In this document: positions 1 through 9,346 of the stretch, one piece after another
Position numbering within the stretch: the stretch's first letter is position 1
Layout: each line of letters opens with the position of its first letter
Assembly (NCBI GenBank): GCA_051859245.1
Contig: JBHYGA010000001.1
Coordinates: 1,565,722 to 1,629,721 of the forward strand
Direction of reading: 5' to 3'
DNA length: 64,000 bases
Source: Gemmatimonadaceae bacterium
Lineage (GTDB): Bacteria > Gemmatimonadota > Gemmatimonadetes > Gemmatimonadales > Gemmatimonadaceae
The notes under the pieces: model-generated
The model's input: the letters and a program-made list of their open reading frames with translations, nothing else
Databases searched by the model: none
What the model was told of the DNA's origin: nothing
Made by a program: the position numbers and the translations under genes

Positions 1-308
1 CCCAGCGTGCGAACCGTCCGGGATTCGCGCTCGGCGCGCCGGCGCTCCGCACGTTGCATCAGTCGACGGCCCCACGTGTCAGGCGCTGAATCACCGATCG
101 CACCGAAGGTTACCCGACCTTGCGGCGGATGAAATGTGGCCCGTGTCAGGGAAAGCGAAGGCTCGAGCGAAAAGCGATTCGGATCCGCAAGCCACGCGGC
201 ATCGTATTCGAAGGCGATCGTCTCTATCCCGCGTGGGCGAATAATCCGAGCCAGACCAATAGCGCGCGTCTGGCCATCCAGGTCGATGTGGACCTCAAAG
301 TCAGTCAT
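1..308 (-). CDS. hipA: HipA-family toxin (Ser/Thr kinase), N-terminal part; runs off the left edge
   Basis: Translated by hand from ATG at 308: MTDFEVHIDLDGQTRAIG...FEYDAAWLADPNRFSLEPSL...FGAIGDSAPDTWGRRLMQR, a typical HipA N-terminal signature. Overlaps the stop of the upstream HTH gene (ATGACTGA). Not in the ORF track. Confidence 0.85.
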   Translation of the reverse strand, partial: MTDFEVHIDLDGQTRAIGLARIIRPRGIETIAFEYDAAWLADPNRFSLEPSLSLTRATFHPPQGRVTFGAIGDSAPDTWGRRLMQRAERRRAERESRTVRTL

Positions 309-636
309 CGTGGTCCGGCGCCGCGACTCGCGCGGCGTGCACATGCTTGGGCAGCGCCGCGCTGGCCAACGATTGACCGACGGAGTCGTTTGCGATGTCG
401 GCGATCTGGCTGAGCCCGTGGAGCAGGCCAAGTGCTTGGAGAACGCCCGCGTAGATGCCGATGCTCACGCTCGTGTCGCCCGCCTCAACCTTCTGCAGGG
501 TGGAGCGCGACGTGAAGGCACGATCCGCGACCACCGCCATGGGAAGTCGCCGCCTCTTTCGCGCATCACGAATGTCGGCGCCCAGCTTCTGGAGCGCACG
601 CCGTACTGCGAGAGGAGGCGAATGAGGAGTTGGCAT
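301..636 (-). CDS. XRE-family HTH antitoxin/regulator (HipB-like)
   Basis: LGADIRDARKRRRL...VADRAFTSRSTLQKVEAGD is an HTH_3-type motif; lies directly upstream of hipA. Confidence 0.85.
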   Translation of the reverse strand: MPTPHSPPLAVRRALQKLGADIRDARKRRRLPMAVVADRAFTSRSTLQKVEAGDTSVSIGIYAGVLQALGLLHGLSQIADIANDSVGQSLASAALPKHVHAARVAAPDHDD

Positions 637-645
637 TTGTTAACG

Positions 646-678
646 TCGTGCTACGTATACAGGAAATATGTAGCACGA
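646..678. promoter_or_regulatory. Inverted repeat, probable autorepression operator of hipBA
   Basis: TCGTGCTACGTAT-N7-ATATGTAGCACGA (12/13 match between arms), 9 bp upstream of the HTH start codon. Confidence 0.7.
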
Positions 679-691
679 AGAACACAAAAGT

Positions 692-1925
692 CTACTCCCG
701 CACCCGATCAAGCCGCGCCGACAGCGCAATCTTTGCGTGGCTGAGATCGTACCGGATTCGCATCTCCGTGCGGGCGTAGCTTCGTTCCGCCGGTCCCGCC
801 ACGACGGAGAGCGTCTGCCGGCGCGGGAGGTCGCAGAGGTGAAACACGCCGTCGACTCCCGTATGCGTGAATACCTCGCGCACGCGAAGTGAGTAGCGTC
901 CGGTGCGCAGTTCCACATCGCCGCCGAGCACCATTTCTGTCCACGCAGCGCGAACCAGCACGCCGGCCATCGGTTGGCCTTGCGCGTCGCGGAGGACGCC
1001 GGTGAGCGTGGACAGCGTATCGGCGCTCGACAACGGCGCAGGCGGTGGCTCTGAAGTCGCGAGAGTCGTCGAAACTGTATCGCAGTTCGTGGTATCGCGC
1101 AGCGCAATCAGCGGCACCACGCTCACCGGCGTCACAGAGTCGCGAGACACGCCCGACGAGAAGAGCAGATTGTCGCCGTCACGCAGTTCGAGCACCTGGC
1201 CAGTTGTAACCTGAATGCCATTCACGGCCGTGAAATAATCCAGCTCTTGCGATGCCCGTGATTGCCGCGCGAATCGCGACACAATCGGCATTCGAATGGA
1301 CCAGTCGTGTACAAACCAGATTCCGTCGGGAAGGCTCGTATACTCGACCACGCCGCCCGTCGTTGCACGCACGAGCATCGGCTCAAGTCCACTGTACCCA
1401 TAATCAATGCGACGCAGTTCGTTCGATGCGCGATCAAGCCACACCGTACCGCGCACCTGCACAACACCGCGACGCGCACGCACCGGTTCGAACGACACAC
1501 CGCGCCACCCTGGATTGCTCACAGAGTCTGTGTTCAACTTCAAGCAGTAGTGCGCGAGAAAACGATCCGACTGTGCGGTTCACCGGATCGACGCTGCAGC
1601 GTGAATCAACGCGCGCGTCGAACGTGGCCAAGCGAACGGGCACATTAGGCAGCGTCGCACTCACTTCCTGACGCGCACCCGCCTCCGGCGTGAGCCGAGC
1701 CAACTCATACGGCTGCTGCCCCACGCGTAACACGCGCAGCACAATCGGCGCGCTTGGCACGCGCAGCACATACGTGCCACGCGCACAGGTGATCGTGCGC
1801 CCGACGTTTGAATCATTCACCGCGAGCGATGCGGTCACCACCACCTCAGCCGCTGGTGTGCCGGTATCCAGCTGTCGAAGCGTTCCAAAGATTTCCTGAG
1901 CGTTCGCGGGCCGAAGCGCGCGGGC
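692..1925 (-). pseudogene. Disrupted secreted protein with carboxypeptidase-regulatory-like domains
   Basis: The N-terminal part (ANAQEIFGTLRQ...GTYVLRVP...LRVLRVGQQP) and the C-terminal part (SDRFLAHYCLKL...GTVWLDRASNELRRIDY...GVLRDAQGQPMAG) lie in different frames, joined near 1575-1590. No start codon or complete signal peptide precedes the ANA-Q site. Confidence 0.6.
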
Positions 1926-1926
1926 G

Positions 1927-2391
1927 CTAGCCGTTCGTCGTGCGAAAGATTTTGACGATCGTAAATGTGGAGTCGAGAATGATCCATTCCCGCTGGCGAT
2001 GCTGATCCTCAACCTTGGGATCCGCGACCCAGCGGTTTGGTCCCACGCGCAGCATCAACACAGGGGAGCTGTTCCAGTCCAATCCCGATTCCTTACTACG
2101 AAGGGCATTGTAGCGCGCACTGACGGTGTCACACTGGGCGTTCGTACCGCCGTAGCGAACACTGTCCGCAGGAACGTTGGGAAGTCCGGAGTGCGTGCGA
2201 AGGTTTTCGATGGGACCAGACACCGTGTACTGAAATCTTTCAAGGAAATCCGCACTATCGTCCGGCGTTGTGTTGCCACAACCGGTCTGCGAGGGAAGCC
2301 TGGCTATTTCCCCACTGACCTCGGCCCCGGATAGCCCCGCGAGCGCTGAAGCGCCCAGCGTTCCGAGCAACATGATGGACGGCAAGCGCAT
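1927..2391 (-). CDS. Hypothetical secreted protein, 154 aa
   Basis: ATG at 2391; signal-peptide-like MRLPSIMLLGTLGASALAG; two Cys; divergent from rpsA. Confidence 0.6.
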   Translation of the reverse strand: MRLPSIMLLGTLGASALAGLSGAEVSGEIARLPSQTGCGNTTPDDSADFLERFQYTVSGPIENLRTHSGLPNVPADSVRYGGTNAQCDTVSARYNALRSKESGLDWNSSPVLMLRVGPNRWVADPKVEDQHRQREWIILDSTFTIVKIFRTTNG

Positions 2392-2448
2392 GAGCAGACT
2401 CCGGAAGGTGGTGGAGAACCGGCTTTGCAGCCGGCCAGCGGCAGGTCG

Positions 2449-2477
2449 TTGACCCCCGCCACCAGACTGGCTAGCTT
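2449..2477 (+). promoter_or_regulatory. Sigma-70-type promoter of rpsA
   Basis: TTGACC-17 bp-TAGCTT about 110 bp upstream of the ATG. Confidence 0.55.
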
Positions 2478-2587
2478 TCACAATTCCTCTCGTTCCGCCC
2501 CCAAATCGACCTGGGGCGTATCGTGATTCTATCCCCCGAACCTCGGCGCGGCGAGCGATCCCCCGCGATTTGGAGAATTCCCCCAGT

Positions 2588-4372
2588 ATGACGACCGAAC
2601 TCGAAACCCCAACCCTCGACGAGACCGCAGACGGCGAGCCGGAACGCCTCAGCGCTCGCGAGAAGCGTGACCTCCAGAAGAGCCAGTTGCGCCCGCTCGC
2701 CAACCGCCGCCCCGAACTGTACGACGAAGACGAACTGACGTCTGTCGAGTTCGAGGCGATGCTGGAGATGTACAATGGCACCCTCGCCTCCATCGAAGAA
2801 GGCGAGATCGTCAAGGCGCGCGTTCTCGAAATCCGCGAGAACCTGGTCGTGCTCGACATCGGCTTCAAGTCCGAAGGCACGATCCCGCTCGAAGAGTTCA
2901 AGGACATGCCCGACCTCAAGGAAGGCGATGAGGTTGAGGTTCTTCTTGAGCACCTGGAAGACTCCGAAGGGTCGGTCGTGCTTTCCAAGAAGAAAGCCGA
3001 TTTCATGCGCGTCTGGGAGAAGATCCGCGTCGCGTACGAGAGCGACGAGCCGGTGCAGGGCACGCTCGTCAAGAAGATCAAGGGTGGTGTGGTCGTCGAC
3101 CTTATGGGCGTCGATGCATTCCTCCCGGGCTCGCAGATCGCGCTCCGTCGTGTTCCAAACATCGACGAGCTGCTCGGTCACACGTACGAGTTCAAGATCA
3201 TCAAGCTCAACAAGCGTCGCCGCAACATCGTCGTCTCGCGTCGTGTCATCCTCGAGAACGAGCGGGCTGGCAAGCGCGAAAAGTTGATGAAGGAGCTGAA
3301 CAAGGATCAGGTCCGCAAGGGTGTCGTCAAGAACATCACCGACTTCGGTGCGTTCATCGACCTCGGCGGCGTGGACGGCCTCCTGCATATCACCGACATG
3401 TCGTGGGGCCGCATTTCGCATCCGAGCGAAATGGTCTCCATTGGTCTCGAACTCGAGATCAAGGTCCTCGATATCGATTGGGAGCGCGAGCGCATTTCGC
3501 TTGGCCTCAAGCAGCTGCAGGCGTATCCGTGGAAGGACGTGGCCGCCAAGTATCCGGTGGGCACGCGCGTCAACGGTAAGGTTGTGTCCATCACGAACTA
3601 CGGCGCCTTCATCGAGCTCGAGCCGGGCATCGAAGGCCTCGTGCACATCAGCGAAATGAGCTGGACGCGCAACGTGCGTCATCCGTCGAAGATTGTGTCG
3701 ATCGGTGAGGCAATAGAGGCGGTGGTGCTCAAGGTCGACGAGAGCGAAGAGAAGATCTCGCTCGGCATGAAGCAGACGGAACAGGATCCGTGGGTTGTGC
3801 TGCCCCTGAAGTACCCGGTGGGCACGCGCATCAACGGCAAGGTGCGTAACCTCACGTCGTTTGGCGCGTTCGTGGAAATCGAACCCGGCATCGACGGCCT
3901 CATTCACATCTCTGACATGTCCTGGACCAAGCGCGTTCAGCACCCGTCGGAAGTGGTGAAGAAGGGCGACGCGGTTGACGTGGTGATCCTGAACATCGAC
4001 AGCGAAAACAAGCGCATCTCGCTCGGCCTCAAGCAGGCTGAGGAAGATCCGTGGCTTCGCATCGGTGAGAACTTCCCGGTTGGCATGGACATCGAAGGCG
4101 CCGTGGTGCGTCTCATGGACAAGGGCGTGGTCGTCGATCTCGGCAACGACATCGAAGGCTTCGTGCCGGTGAGCCAGCTGAACCCGGATGCAACGGTCAC
4201 GAACCCGGCCGACTTTGCGTTCGAAGGAATGCGTCTCGTCACGCGCGTGCTTGAGGTGGATCCCATCCACCGCCGCATCGTGCTCACGGTTGTGAGCATT
4301 CCGGAAGAGCAGCCGCCGCGTCCGACCGAGCCGCCGATTGTGCATAGCTCGGAAGACGAACTCGGTCTCTAA
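2588..4372 (+). CDS. rpsA: 30S ribosomal protein S1
   Basis: Six S1 repeats (FGAFIDLGGVDGLLHITDMSW, YGAFIELEPGIEGLVHISEMSW); GGAG upstream of ATG 2588. Confidence 0.98.
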   Translation: MTTELETPTLDETADGEPERLSAREKRDLQKSQLRPLANRRPELYDEDELTSVEFEAMLEMYNGTLASIEEGEIVKARVLEIRENLVVLDIGFKSEGTIPLEEFKDMPDLKEGDEVEVLLEHLEDSEGSVVLSKKKADFMRVWEKIRVAYESDEPVQGTLVKKIKGGVVVDLMGVDAFLPGSQIALRRVPNIDELLGHTYEFKIIKLNKRRRNIVVSRRVILENERAGKREKLMKELNKDQVRKGVVKNITDFGAFIDLGGVDGLLHITDMSWGRISHPSEMVSIGLELEIKVLDIDWERERISLGLKQLQAYPWKDVAAKYPVGTRVNGKVVSITNYGAFIELEPGIEGLVHISEMSWTRNVRHPSKIVSIGEAIEAVVLKVDESEEKISLGMKQTEQDPWVVLPLKYPVGTRINGKVRNLTSFGAFVEIEPGIDGLIHISDMSWTKRVQHPSEVVKKGDAVDVVILNIDSENKRISLGLKQAEEDPWLRIGENFPVGMDIEGAVVRLMDKGVVVDLGNDIEGFVPVSQLNPDATVTNPADFAFEGMRLVTRVLEVDPIHRRIVLTVVSIPEEQPPRPTEPPIVHSSEDELGL

Positions 4373-4395
4373 GACAAGTTCTCGAAGTAACAACG

Positions 4396-4431
4396 CGCCC
4401 CCGATTCGCATCTGCGGATCGGGGGCGTTTT
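4396..4431 (+). terminator. Intrinsic terminator after rpsA
   Basis: Stem CGCCCCCGATTCGCA / TGCGGATCGGGGGCG followed by TTTT. Confidence 0.85.
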
Positions 4432-4674
4432 GCATCGGCCATCGACTGCGATGGACAGCGAGTGAGAGCCATCGCGATTCGTCGCGATGAGCACGACTGT
4501 GCCACCCGTGTGATGATCGCTTCGATTCCCGTGACAAACGCTAAAGGTTCTGCGCGCTCGCGCCGAAAGGCCTGTGTGTGCCGCGCGCGATGCGCTGTGT
4601 TGCTCACCGGCAACCAACGATGTGCGTGGCGCCCTCAACGCGTTGACCTCATTCACAGAATAGGAGCTTTCTCC

Positions 4675-5085
4675 ATGTTGCAGTCGTTCGTCCGTCGTAC
4701 TTCGCTGATGGTTGCACTCAGCGCCGCCGCGCTTGCCTTCGCACCCAGCGCCGCCGAGGCGCAGGACGACAAGGTGTACGCCCTCGCGGAGCTCCAGACC
4801 GCGCCGAAGCTGCGTTCGACGGCCGAAGCGGGTCGCCACATTCAGGATTCGTATCCGGAAGAGCTGAAGCGTCGTGGCGTTGGTGGCATGGTCGAGATCG
4901 AGTTTGTTGTCGACGAGAAGGGCAAGGTTGTGCCGTCAAGCATCAACGTGCTCGACGCCACGCAGAGCCAGCTCGGCGAAGCGGCCAAGAAGGTCGCCGC
5001 CAAGCTTGAGTTCCAGCCGGGCAAGGCCGGTGGTTCGGCCGTGAAGTGCAAAGTCGTGCTGCCGATCGTCTACAAGGCCAGCTGA
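4675..5085 (+). CDS. TonB C-terminal domain protein with signal peptide
   Basis: YPEELKRRGVGGMVEIEFVVDEKGKV...FQPGK is a TonB_C pattern; AGGAG RBS; AEA-Q signal peptidase site. Confidence 0.85.
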   Translation: MLQSFVRRTSLMVALSAAALAFAPSAAEAQDDKVYALAELQTAPKLRSTAEAGRHIQDSYPEELKRRGVGGMVEIEFVVDEKGKVVPSSINVLDATQSQLGEAAKKVAAKLEFQPGKAGGSAVKCKVVLPIVYKAS

Positions 5086-5130
5086 GTCGTTCTGGAGTAC
5101 ATGGCGACCCGATGTCGCCACAGGGAAAAC

Positions 5131-5165
5131 AAAAACGGGTCACTGCATCGCAGTGGCCCGTTTTT
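5131..5165. terminator. Bidirectional intrinsic terminator
   Basis: AAAAACGGGTCACTGC-ATC-GCAGTGGCCCGTTTTT between convergent genes. Confidence 0.85.
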
Positions 5166-5227
5166 GCCTCTTTTCTCCTGGACCGCTCGACACCATGCCG
5201 TGCCGAGCGGGGACTGCGACCTGCAAA

Positions 5228-5980
5228 TCAGGCGTTGCGCTGACGACGACGGGCTGCGGCACCAAGACCAACAAGGCCGAAAGCCATCAGGGCGATCGAA
5301 GCGGGCTCTGGAACTTCGGTCGGAATGATCACCGGCTCGAGGTATCCCGTAGTCGTGAGATCCGTATCAAAGCGCATGAACAGGTCATGCGATGAGCGCG
5401 AACCAATGCCGTTGCCGAGCGTCACGTCCATCGTGCGGAACACGTCCATCAGAGGATTGTTGCCGGCACCAAGCGCAATCGCGTCGCGGTATTCAACGTG
5501 TCCACCGATGTCGCACAGCACGAGTCCAAGGAACGTGCATGTGCCAGAGTTGTAGTCGTAACCGATGTCGGAACCCTGTGTGCCCTCGCCGAGTCCGAAC
5601 TTTCCGATTGAACGGTCGAACATGACGTTGCTCTCGTCCGTCTCGAACAGCAGACGGGTGAGCGTTTCGTTGCGACGGTTATCGAGCGTCCACGCACCGT
5701 AGTACGTGTCGGACCAGCCGTGCAGGCTGAGCTGCAGGTCGGTTCCGGTGAAACCGTAATAGTTGGTGGCGCCGAGCTGACCGAGCGTGTAGGTCTGCTG
5801 GAAGCCGCCCCAGTACGCGGTAAGCTTGAGTCCCGTCATGTGACGCACCTGTACGGCGCTCTGAATCGGGCCGTCGGTTACTGACACGTTGCCCGCGATC
5901 GCCGACACAGTCTGCGCGCTGAGCGGTGCGGAAACGGCAACTGCTGCAAGGGCAGCGAGATAGAACGAGGACTTTTTCAT
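5228..5980 (-). CDS. PEP-CTERM sorting domain protein, 250 aa
   Basis: Signal peptide MKKSSFYLAALAAVAVSAPLSA-Q; C-terminal VPEPASIALMAFGLVGLGAAARRRQRNA. Confidence 0.92.
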   Translation of the reverse strand: MKKSSFYLAALAAVAVSAPLSAQTVSAIAGNVSVTDGPIQSAVQVRHMTGLKLTAYWGGFQQTYTLGQLGATNYYGFTGTDLQLSLHGWSDTYYGAWTLDNRRNETLTRLLFETDESNVMFDRSIGKFGLGEGTQGSDIGYDYNSGTCTFLGLVLCDIGGHVEYRDAIALGAGNNPLMDVFRTMDVTLGNGIGSRSSHDLFMRFDTDLTTTGYLEPVIIPTEVPEPASIALMAFGLVGLGAAARRRQRNA

Positions 5981-6028
5981 GGTGTGCTGGATTAAAGAGA
6001 CTGCGGGGACATCTTGCACACCCAGACG

Positions 6029-6043
6029 GCAAGTCGCGTGCCA
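6029..6043 (-). promoter_or_regulatory. Sigma-54 (-24/-12) promoter of the PEP-CTERM gene
   Basis: Minus strand TGGCACGCGACTTGC matches TGGCACG-N4-TTGC exactly, about 50 bp upstream of the ATG. Confidence 0.85.
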
Positions 6044-6151
6044 AACAGATTTCCGCTGTTTTCTCCTCTGTGGAACCTCCGAAGGCTGATTCGGCCTGCA
6101 AGCGGACTGATGCGTGAGACCAGCACCGTTCGTCGCCGATGGCCCACAAGA

Positions 6152-6166
6152 GCATCGATCGTGCCA
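6152..6166 (-). promoter_or_regulatory. Second sigma-54-like box
   Basis: Minus strand TGGCACGATCGATGC; GG-N10-GC spacing kept, one mismatch to consensus. Confidence 0.5.
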
Positions 6167-6251
6167 CTCGCCCGTGTATTGAAGTTTTGACCGGCAACAA
6201 CAGATTCTTTGCGCTAGGCGATTGTCGTGACTCGGCTTAGCTTCCCGCCCT

Positions 6252-7796
6252 ATGTCAATGCGCGAGAAACTCGACCGGCTGGCCGCCGCAAGCGTGGCCG
6301 CAGAACAGGGCGGTGGCGCTGAACGCCTCGCGGCCCAGCACGCCAAAGGAAAGCTGTCGGCCCGCGAGCGGCTCGACGTACTGCTCGACGAAGGCTCCTT
6401 CACCGAACTCGATCGCTTCGTCACGTCGCGATCACTGGGCGAGGGCGAGGCGCCCATCTATGGCGATGGTGTGGTCACCGGCTACGGCCGGATCGACGGG
6501 CGGCTGGTGTACGTCTTTTCGCAGGACTTCACCGTGTTTGGCGGCTCGTTGTCCGAAGCGCACGCGGGCAAGATCTGCAAAGTGATGGACCTCGCCATGC
6601 GAAACGGCGCGCCGGTTATTGGCCTCAACGACTCCGGCGGCGCGCGCATTCAGGAAGGCGTGGTGTCGCTGGGTGGCTATGCCGACATCTTTTTGCGCAA
6701 CACGATGGCGAGCGGTGTGATTCCGCAGATCTCGGCGATTCTCGGCCCGTGTGCCGGCGGGGCCGTGTATTCACCGGCGATCACCGATTTCATCTATATG
6801 GTGCGCAAAACGAGCTACATGTTCGTGACCGGGCCGAATGTGGTGAAGACGGTCACACACGAAGACGTCACGATGGAACAGCTTGGTGGCGCGGATACGC
6901 ATGCGTCAACAAGTGGCGTTGCGCATTTTGCACACGATTCAGAACTCGAGAGCTTGCACGCGATTCGCCAACTGTTCCGCTTTATTCCAAGCAACAATGT
7001 TGACGATGCGCCGCGCGGTGCAGGCACTGATCCCGCAACACGTCGCGATGAAGCACTGCTCGACCTGGTGCCGGATCATCCGAATCAGCCGTATGACATG
7101 CGCGAAGTGCTGCGCCGCATTGTTGACGATGGCGACTTCTACGAAGTGCAGCCGGACTACGCCGCGAATATCCTGGTTGGCTTCGCACACCTGGGCGGTC
7201 AGAGCGTGGGCATTGTGGCCAATCAACCAGCCGTGCTCGCAGGTGTGCTCGATATTGACGCGTCACTCAAGGCCGCACGCTTTGTGCGATTCTGTGACTG
7301 CTTCAATATTCCGATTATCACGTTTGAAGACGTGCCCGGATTCCTGCCCGGTGTAACGCAGGAGCACGGCGGCATTATCAAGCACGGCGCCAAGCTGCTG
7401 TACGCGTACTGCGAAGCCACGGTGCCCAAGCTCACCGTGATCACGCGCAAAGCGTACGGTGGGGCATATGACGTGATGAGCTCCAAACACATTCGCGGCG
7501 ATGTGAATCTCGCCTGGCCCACGGCCGAGATCGCGGTGATGGGTGCAAAGGGCGCCGTGGATATTCTGTATCGCAAGGAGATTGCCTCGGCGGACGATCC
7601 TGCGGCAGCCATGGACGCACGCGTTGCCGAATACACGGAAAAGTTTGCCAATCCGTACAACGCCGCGGCACGTGGTTATGTGGATGATGTCATTGATCCG
7701 CGCGACACACGACCGCGGTTGATTGACGCGTTGCAGACGCTGCGGGGCAAGCGCGATCGGAATCCGCCGCGCAAGCACGGCAATCTTCCGCTCTGA
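6252..7796 (+). CDS. pccB: Acyl-CoA (propionyl-CoA) carboxylase, carboxyltransferase beta subunit
   Basis: [43 protein letters not shown] and C-terminal KHGNLPL. Confidence 0.93.
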   Translation: MSMREKLDRLAAASVAAEQGGGAERLAAQHAKGKLSARERLDVLLDEGSFTELDRFVTSRSLGEGEAPIYGDGVVTGYGRIDGRLVYVFSQDFTVFGGSLSEAHAGKICKVMDLAMRNGAPVIGLNDSGGARIQEGVVSLGGYADIFLRNTMASGVIPQISAILGPCAGGAVYSPAITDFIYMVRKTSYMFVTGPNVVKTVTHEDVTMEQLGGADTHASTSGVAHFAHDSELESLHAIRQLFRFIPSNNVDDAPRGAGTDPATRRDEALLDLVPDHPNQPYDMREVLRRIVDDGDFYEVQPDYAANILVGFAHLGGQSVGIVANQPAVLAGVLDIDASLKAARFVRFCDCFNIPIITFEDVPGFLPGVTQEHGGIIKHGAKLLYAYCEATVPKLTVITRKAYGGAYDVMSSKHIRGDVNLAWPTAEIAVMGAKGAVDILYRKEIASADDPAAAMDARVAEYTEKFANPYNAAARGYVDDVIDPRDTRPRLIDALQTLRGKRDRNPPRKHGNLPL

Positions 7797-7803
7797 GCCG
7801 CGC

Positions 7804-9324
7804 ATGTTCAACAAGGTGTTGATCGCCAATCGAGGCGAAATCGCGTTGCGCGTCGTGCGCGCCTGTCAGGAACTCGGCGTGCGCTCGGTGGCCGTGTACT
7901 CCGAAGCCGACGCGCGTGCGCCGCATGTGCGTGAAGCTGACGAAGCGGTATGCATTGGACCGCCGCCGTCGAGTCAGAGTTATCTGCTCGGTGACAAGCT
8001 GATCGAAGTCGCGCTGAAGACCGGCGCCGAGGCGATTCATCCGGGCTACGGATTTCTTTCTGAGCGCGCCTGGTTTGCTCGCGCCGTGCGTGAGGCGGGA
8101 CTCGTGTTTGTGGGGCCTCCAGCGGAAGCCATTGAAGCCATGGGCAGCAAGACTGCCGCGCGACAACTGGTGATCGCCGCTGGCGTGCCCGTGGTGCCCG
8201 GCACCACCACCGCGTTGCGCGATGCAAACGAAGCAGCCGCGATTGCCAACACGTTCGGCTATCCGGTGCTCTTGAAAGCCGCCGCTGGCGGTGGTGGCAA
8301 AGGCATGCGCGTGGTGCGCGCGGCCTCGGAGTTGGAGTCGGCGTTAGCCTCGGCACAACGGGAAGCGCAGAATGCGTTTGGCGATGACGCCGTGTACGTG
8401 GAAAAATACATTGACGGCCCGCGTCACGTGGAAGTACAGGTGCTCGCGGATATGCATGGCAACGTGCTGCATCTTGGTGAACGCGAATGCTCCTTGCAGC
8501 GGCGGCATCAGAAGATGCTCGAGGAAGCGCCTAGTCCTGCAGTGTCAGCGGAGTTGCGCGCACGCATGGGTGAAACAGCGGTCGCCGCGGCGCGTGCGGC
8601 CGGGTATGTGAACGCTGGCACGTGCGAGTTTCTGCTCGACCGCGACGGCCAGTTCTATTTTCTCGAGATGAATACGCGCATTCAGGTGGAGCATCCGGTC
8701 ACCGAACTGGTAATGGGGCTCGACCTGGTGCAGTGGCAGCTCCGTATTGCGGCGGGCGAGCATCTGCCCTTTGAGCAAAAGTCGTTCACGCCGCGCGGTT
8801 GGGCGATTGAGTGTCGCATTACCAGCGAAGATCCAGCCAACGGATTCCTGCCGAGCACGGGTCGCATTACGCATTTGCATCTGCCGAGCGGTCCGGGTGT
8901 GCGCTGGGATGGCGGCATTGAAGCGGGCAGCGAAGTCGGGCTGCACTACGACCCGATGCTGGCCAAGCTGATCGTGCACGCCCCCAATCGGGCGTTGGCG
9001 ATATCGCGCATGCAACGCGCGTTGCGCGAGTTGGTGATTGATGGTGTAGAAACATCGCGTGGTTTTCACCTGCGCTTGCTGGATCATCCGGATGTGCGGA
9101 GTGGCGACATGACCATTCAGTGGCTCGAAGCGCACCTTGATGAATTGACCACGCGCTCCGCGCCGGACGAGACGATTCGCGTCGCGGCGATTGCGGCCGC
9201 ACTGGCGGCGCAGCACGACCGTCAGGAGCGTGCGATACCCACTGTCGCGGATAGCGCGCAGGCGGAAGTGCACGGCGCCAGCTGGCGAGCCGTGGCGCGC
9301 CGAGAAGGTTTGCGTCGCGAATGA
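7804..9324 (+). CDS. accC: Biotin carboxylase subunit
   Basis: KVLIANRGEIA, HPGYGFLSE, KAAAGGGGKGMR, RECSLQRRHQK, EMNTRIQVEHPVTE, YDPMLAKL. Confidence 0.95.
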   Translation: MFNKVLIANRGEIALRVVRACQELGVRSVAVYSEADARAPHVREADEAVCIGPPPSSQSYLLGDKLIEVALKTGAEAIHPGYGFLSERAWFARAVREAGLVFVGPPAEAIEAMGSKTAARQLVIAAGVPVVPGTTTALRDANEAAAIANTFGYPVLLKAAAGGGGKGMRVVRAASELESALASAQREAQNAFGDDAVYVEKYIDGPRHVEVQVLADMHGNVLHLGERECSLQRRHQKMLEEAPSPAVSAELRARMGETAVAAARAAGYVNAGTCEFLLDRDGQFYFLEMNTRIQVEHPVTELVMGLDLVQWQLRIAAGEHLPFEQKSFTPRGWAIECRITSEDPANGFLPSTGRITHLHLPSGPGVRWDGGIEAGSEVGLHYDPMLAKLIVHAPNRALAISRMQRALRELVIDGVETSRGFHLRLLDHPDVRSGDMTIQWLEAHLDELTTRSAPDETIRVAAIAAALAAQHDRQERAIPTVADSAQAEVHGASWRAVARREGLRRE

Positions 9325-9346
9325 GCGAGTCGCGATTGGGCACGCT

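Noticed and set aside
120..744. Plus-strand ORFs of 97 and 202 aa
   Set aside because: Antisense to the hipBA pair, which has clear motifs and an operator.
3300..4200. Internal direct repeats (e.g. AAGTAYCCGGTGGGCACGCGC twice)
   Set aside because: These are S1 domain repeats within rpsA, not CRISPR or mobile repeats.
2471..4537. 688-aa minus-strand ORF, and the upstream part of the 1927..3162 ORF
   Set aside because: Antisense shadows of rpsA caused by GC-rich codon bias; no recognisable motifs.
4432..4674. Hairpins upstream of the TonB-domain gene (e.g. CATCGCGA-TTCG-TCGCGATG) as a possible riboswitch
   Set aside because: No cobalamin, TPP or c-di-GMP consensus blocks could be matched; short GC-rich palindromes are expected by chance.
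5981..6457. N-terminal extension of the 409-aa PEP-CTERM ORF
   Set aside because: Overlaps pccB and the sigma-54 promoter; the signal peptide begins at ATG 5980.
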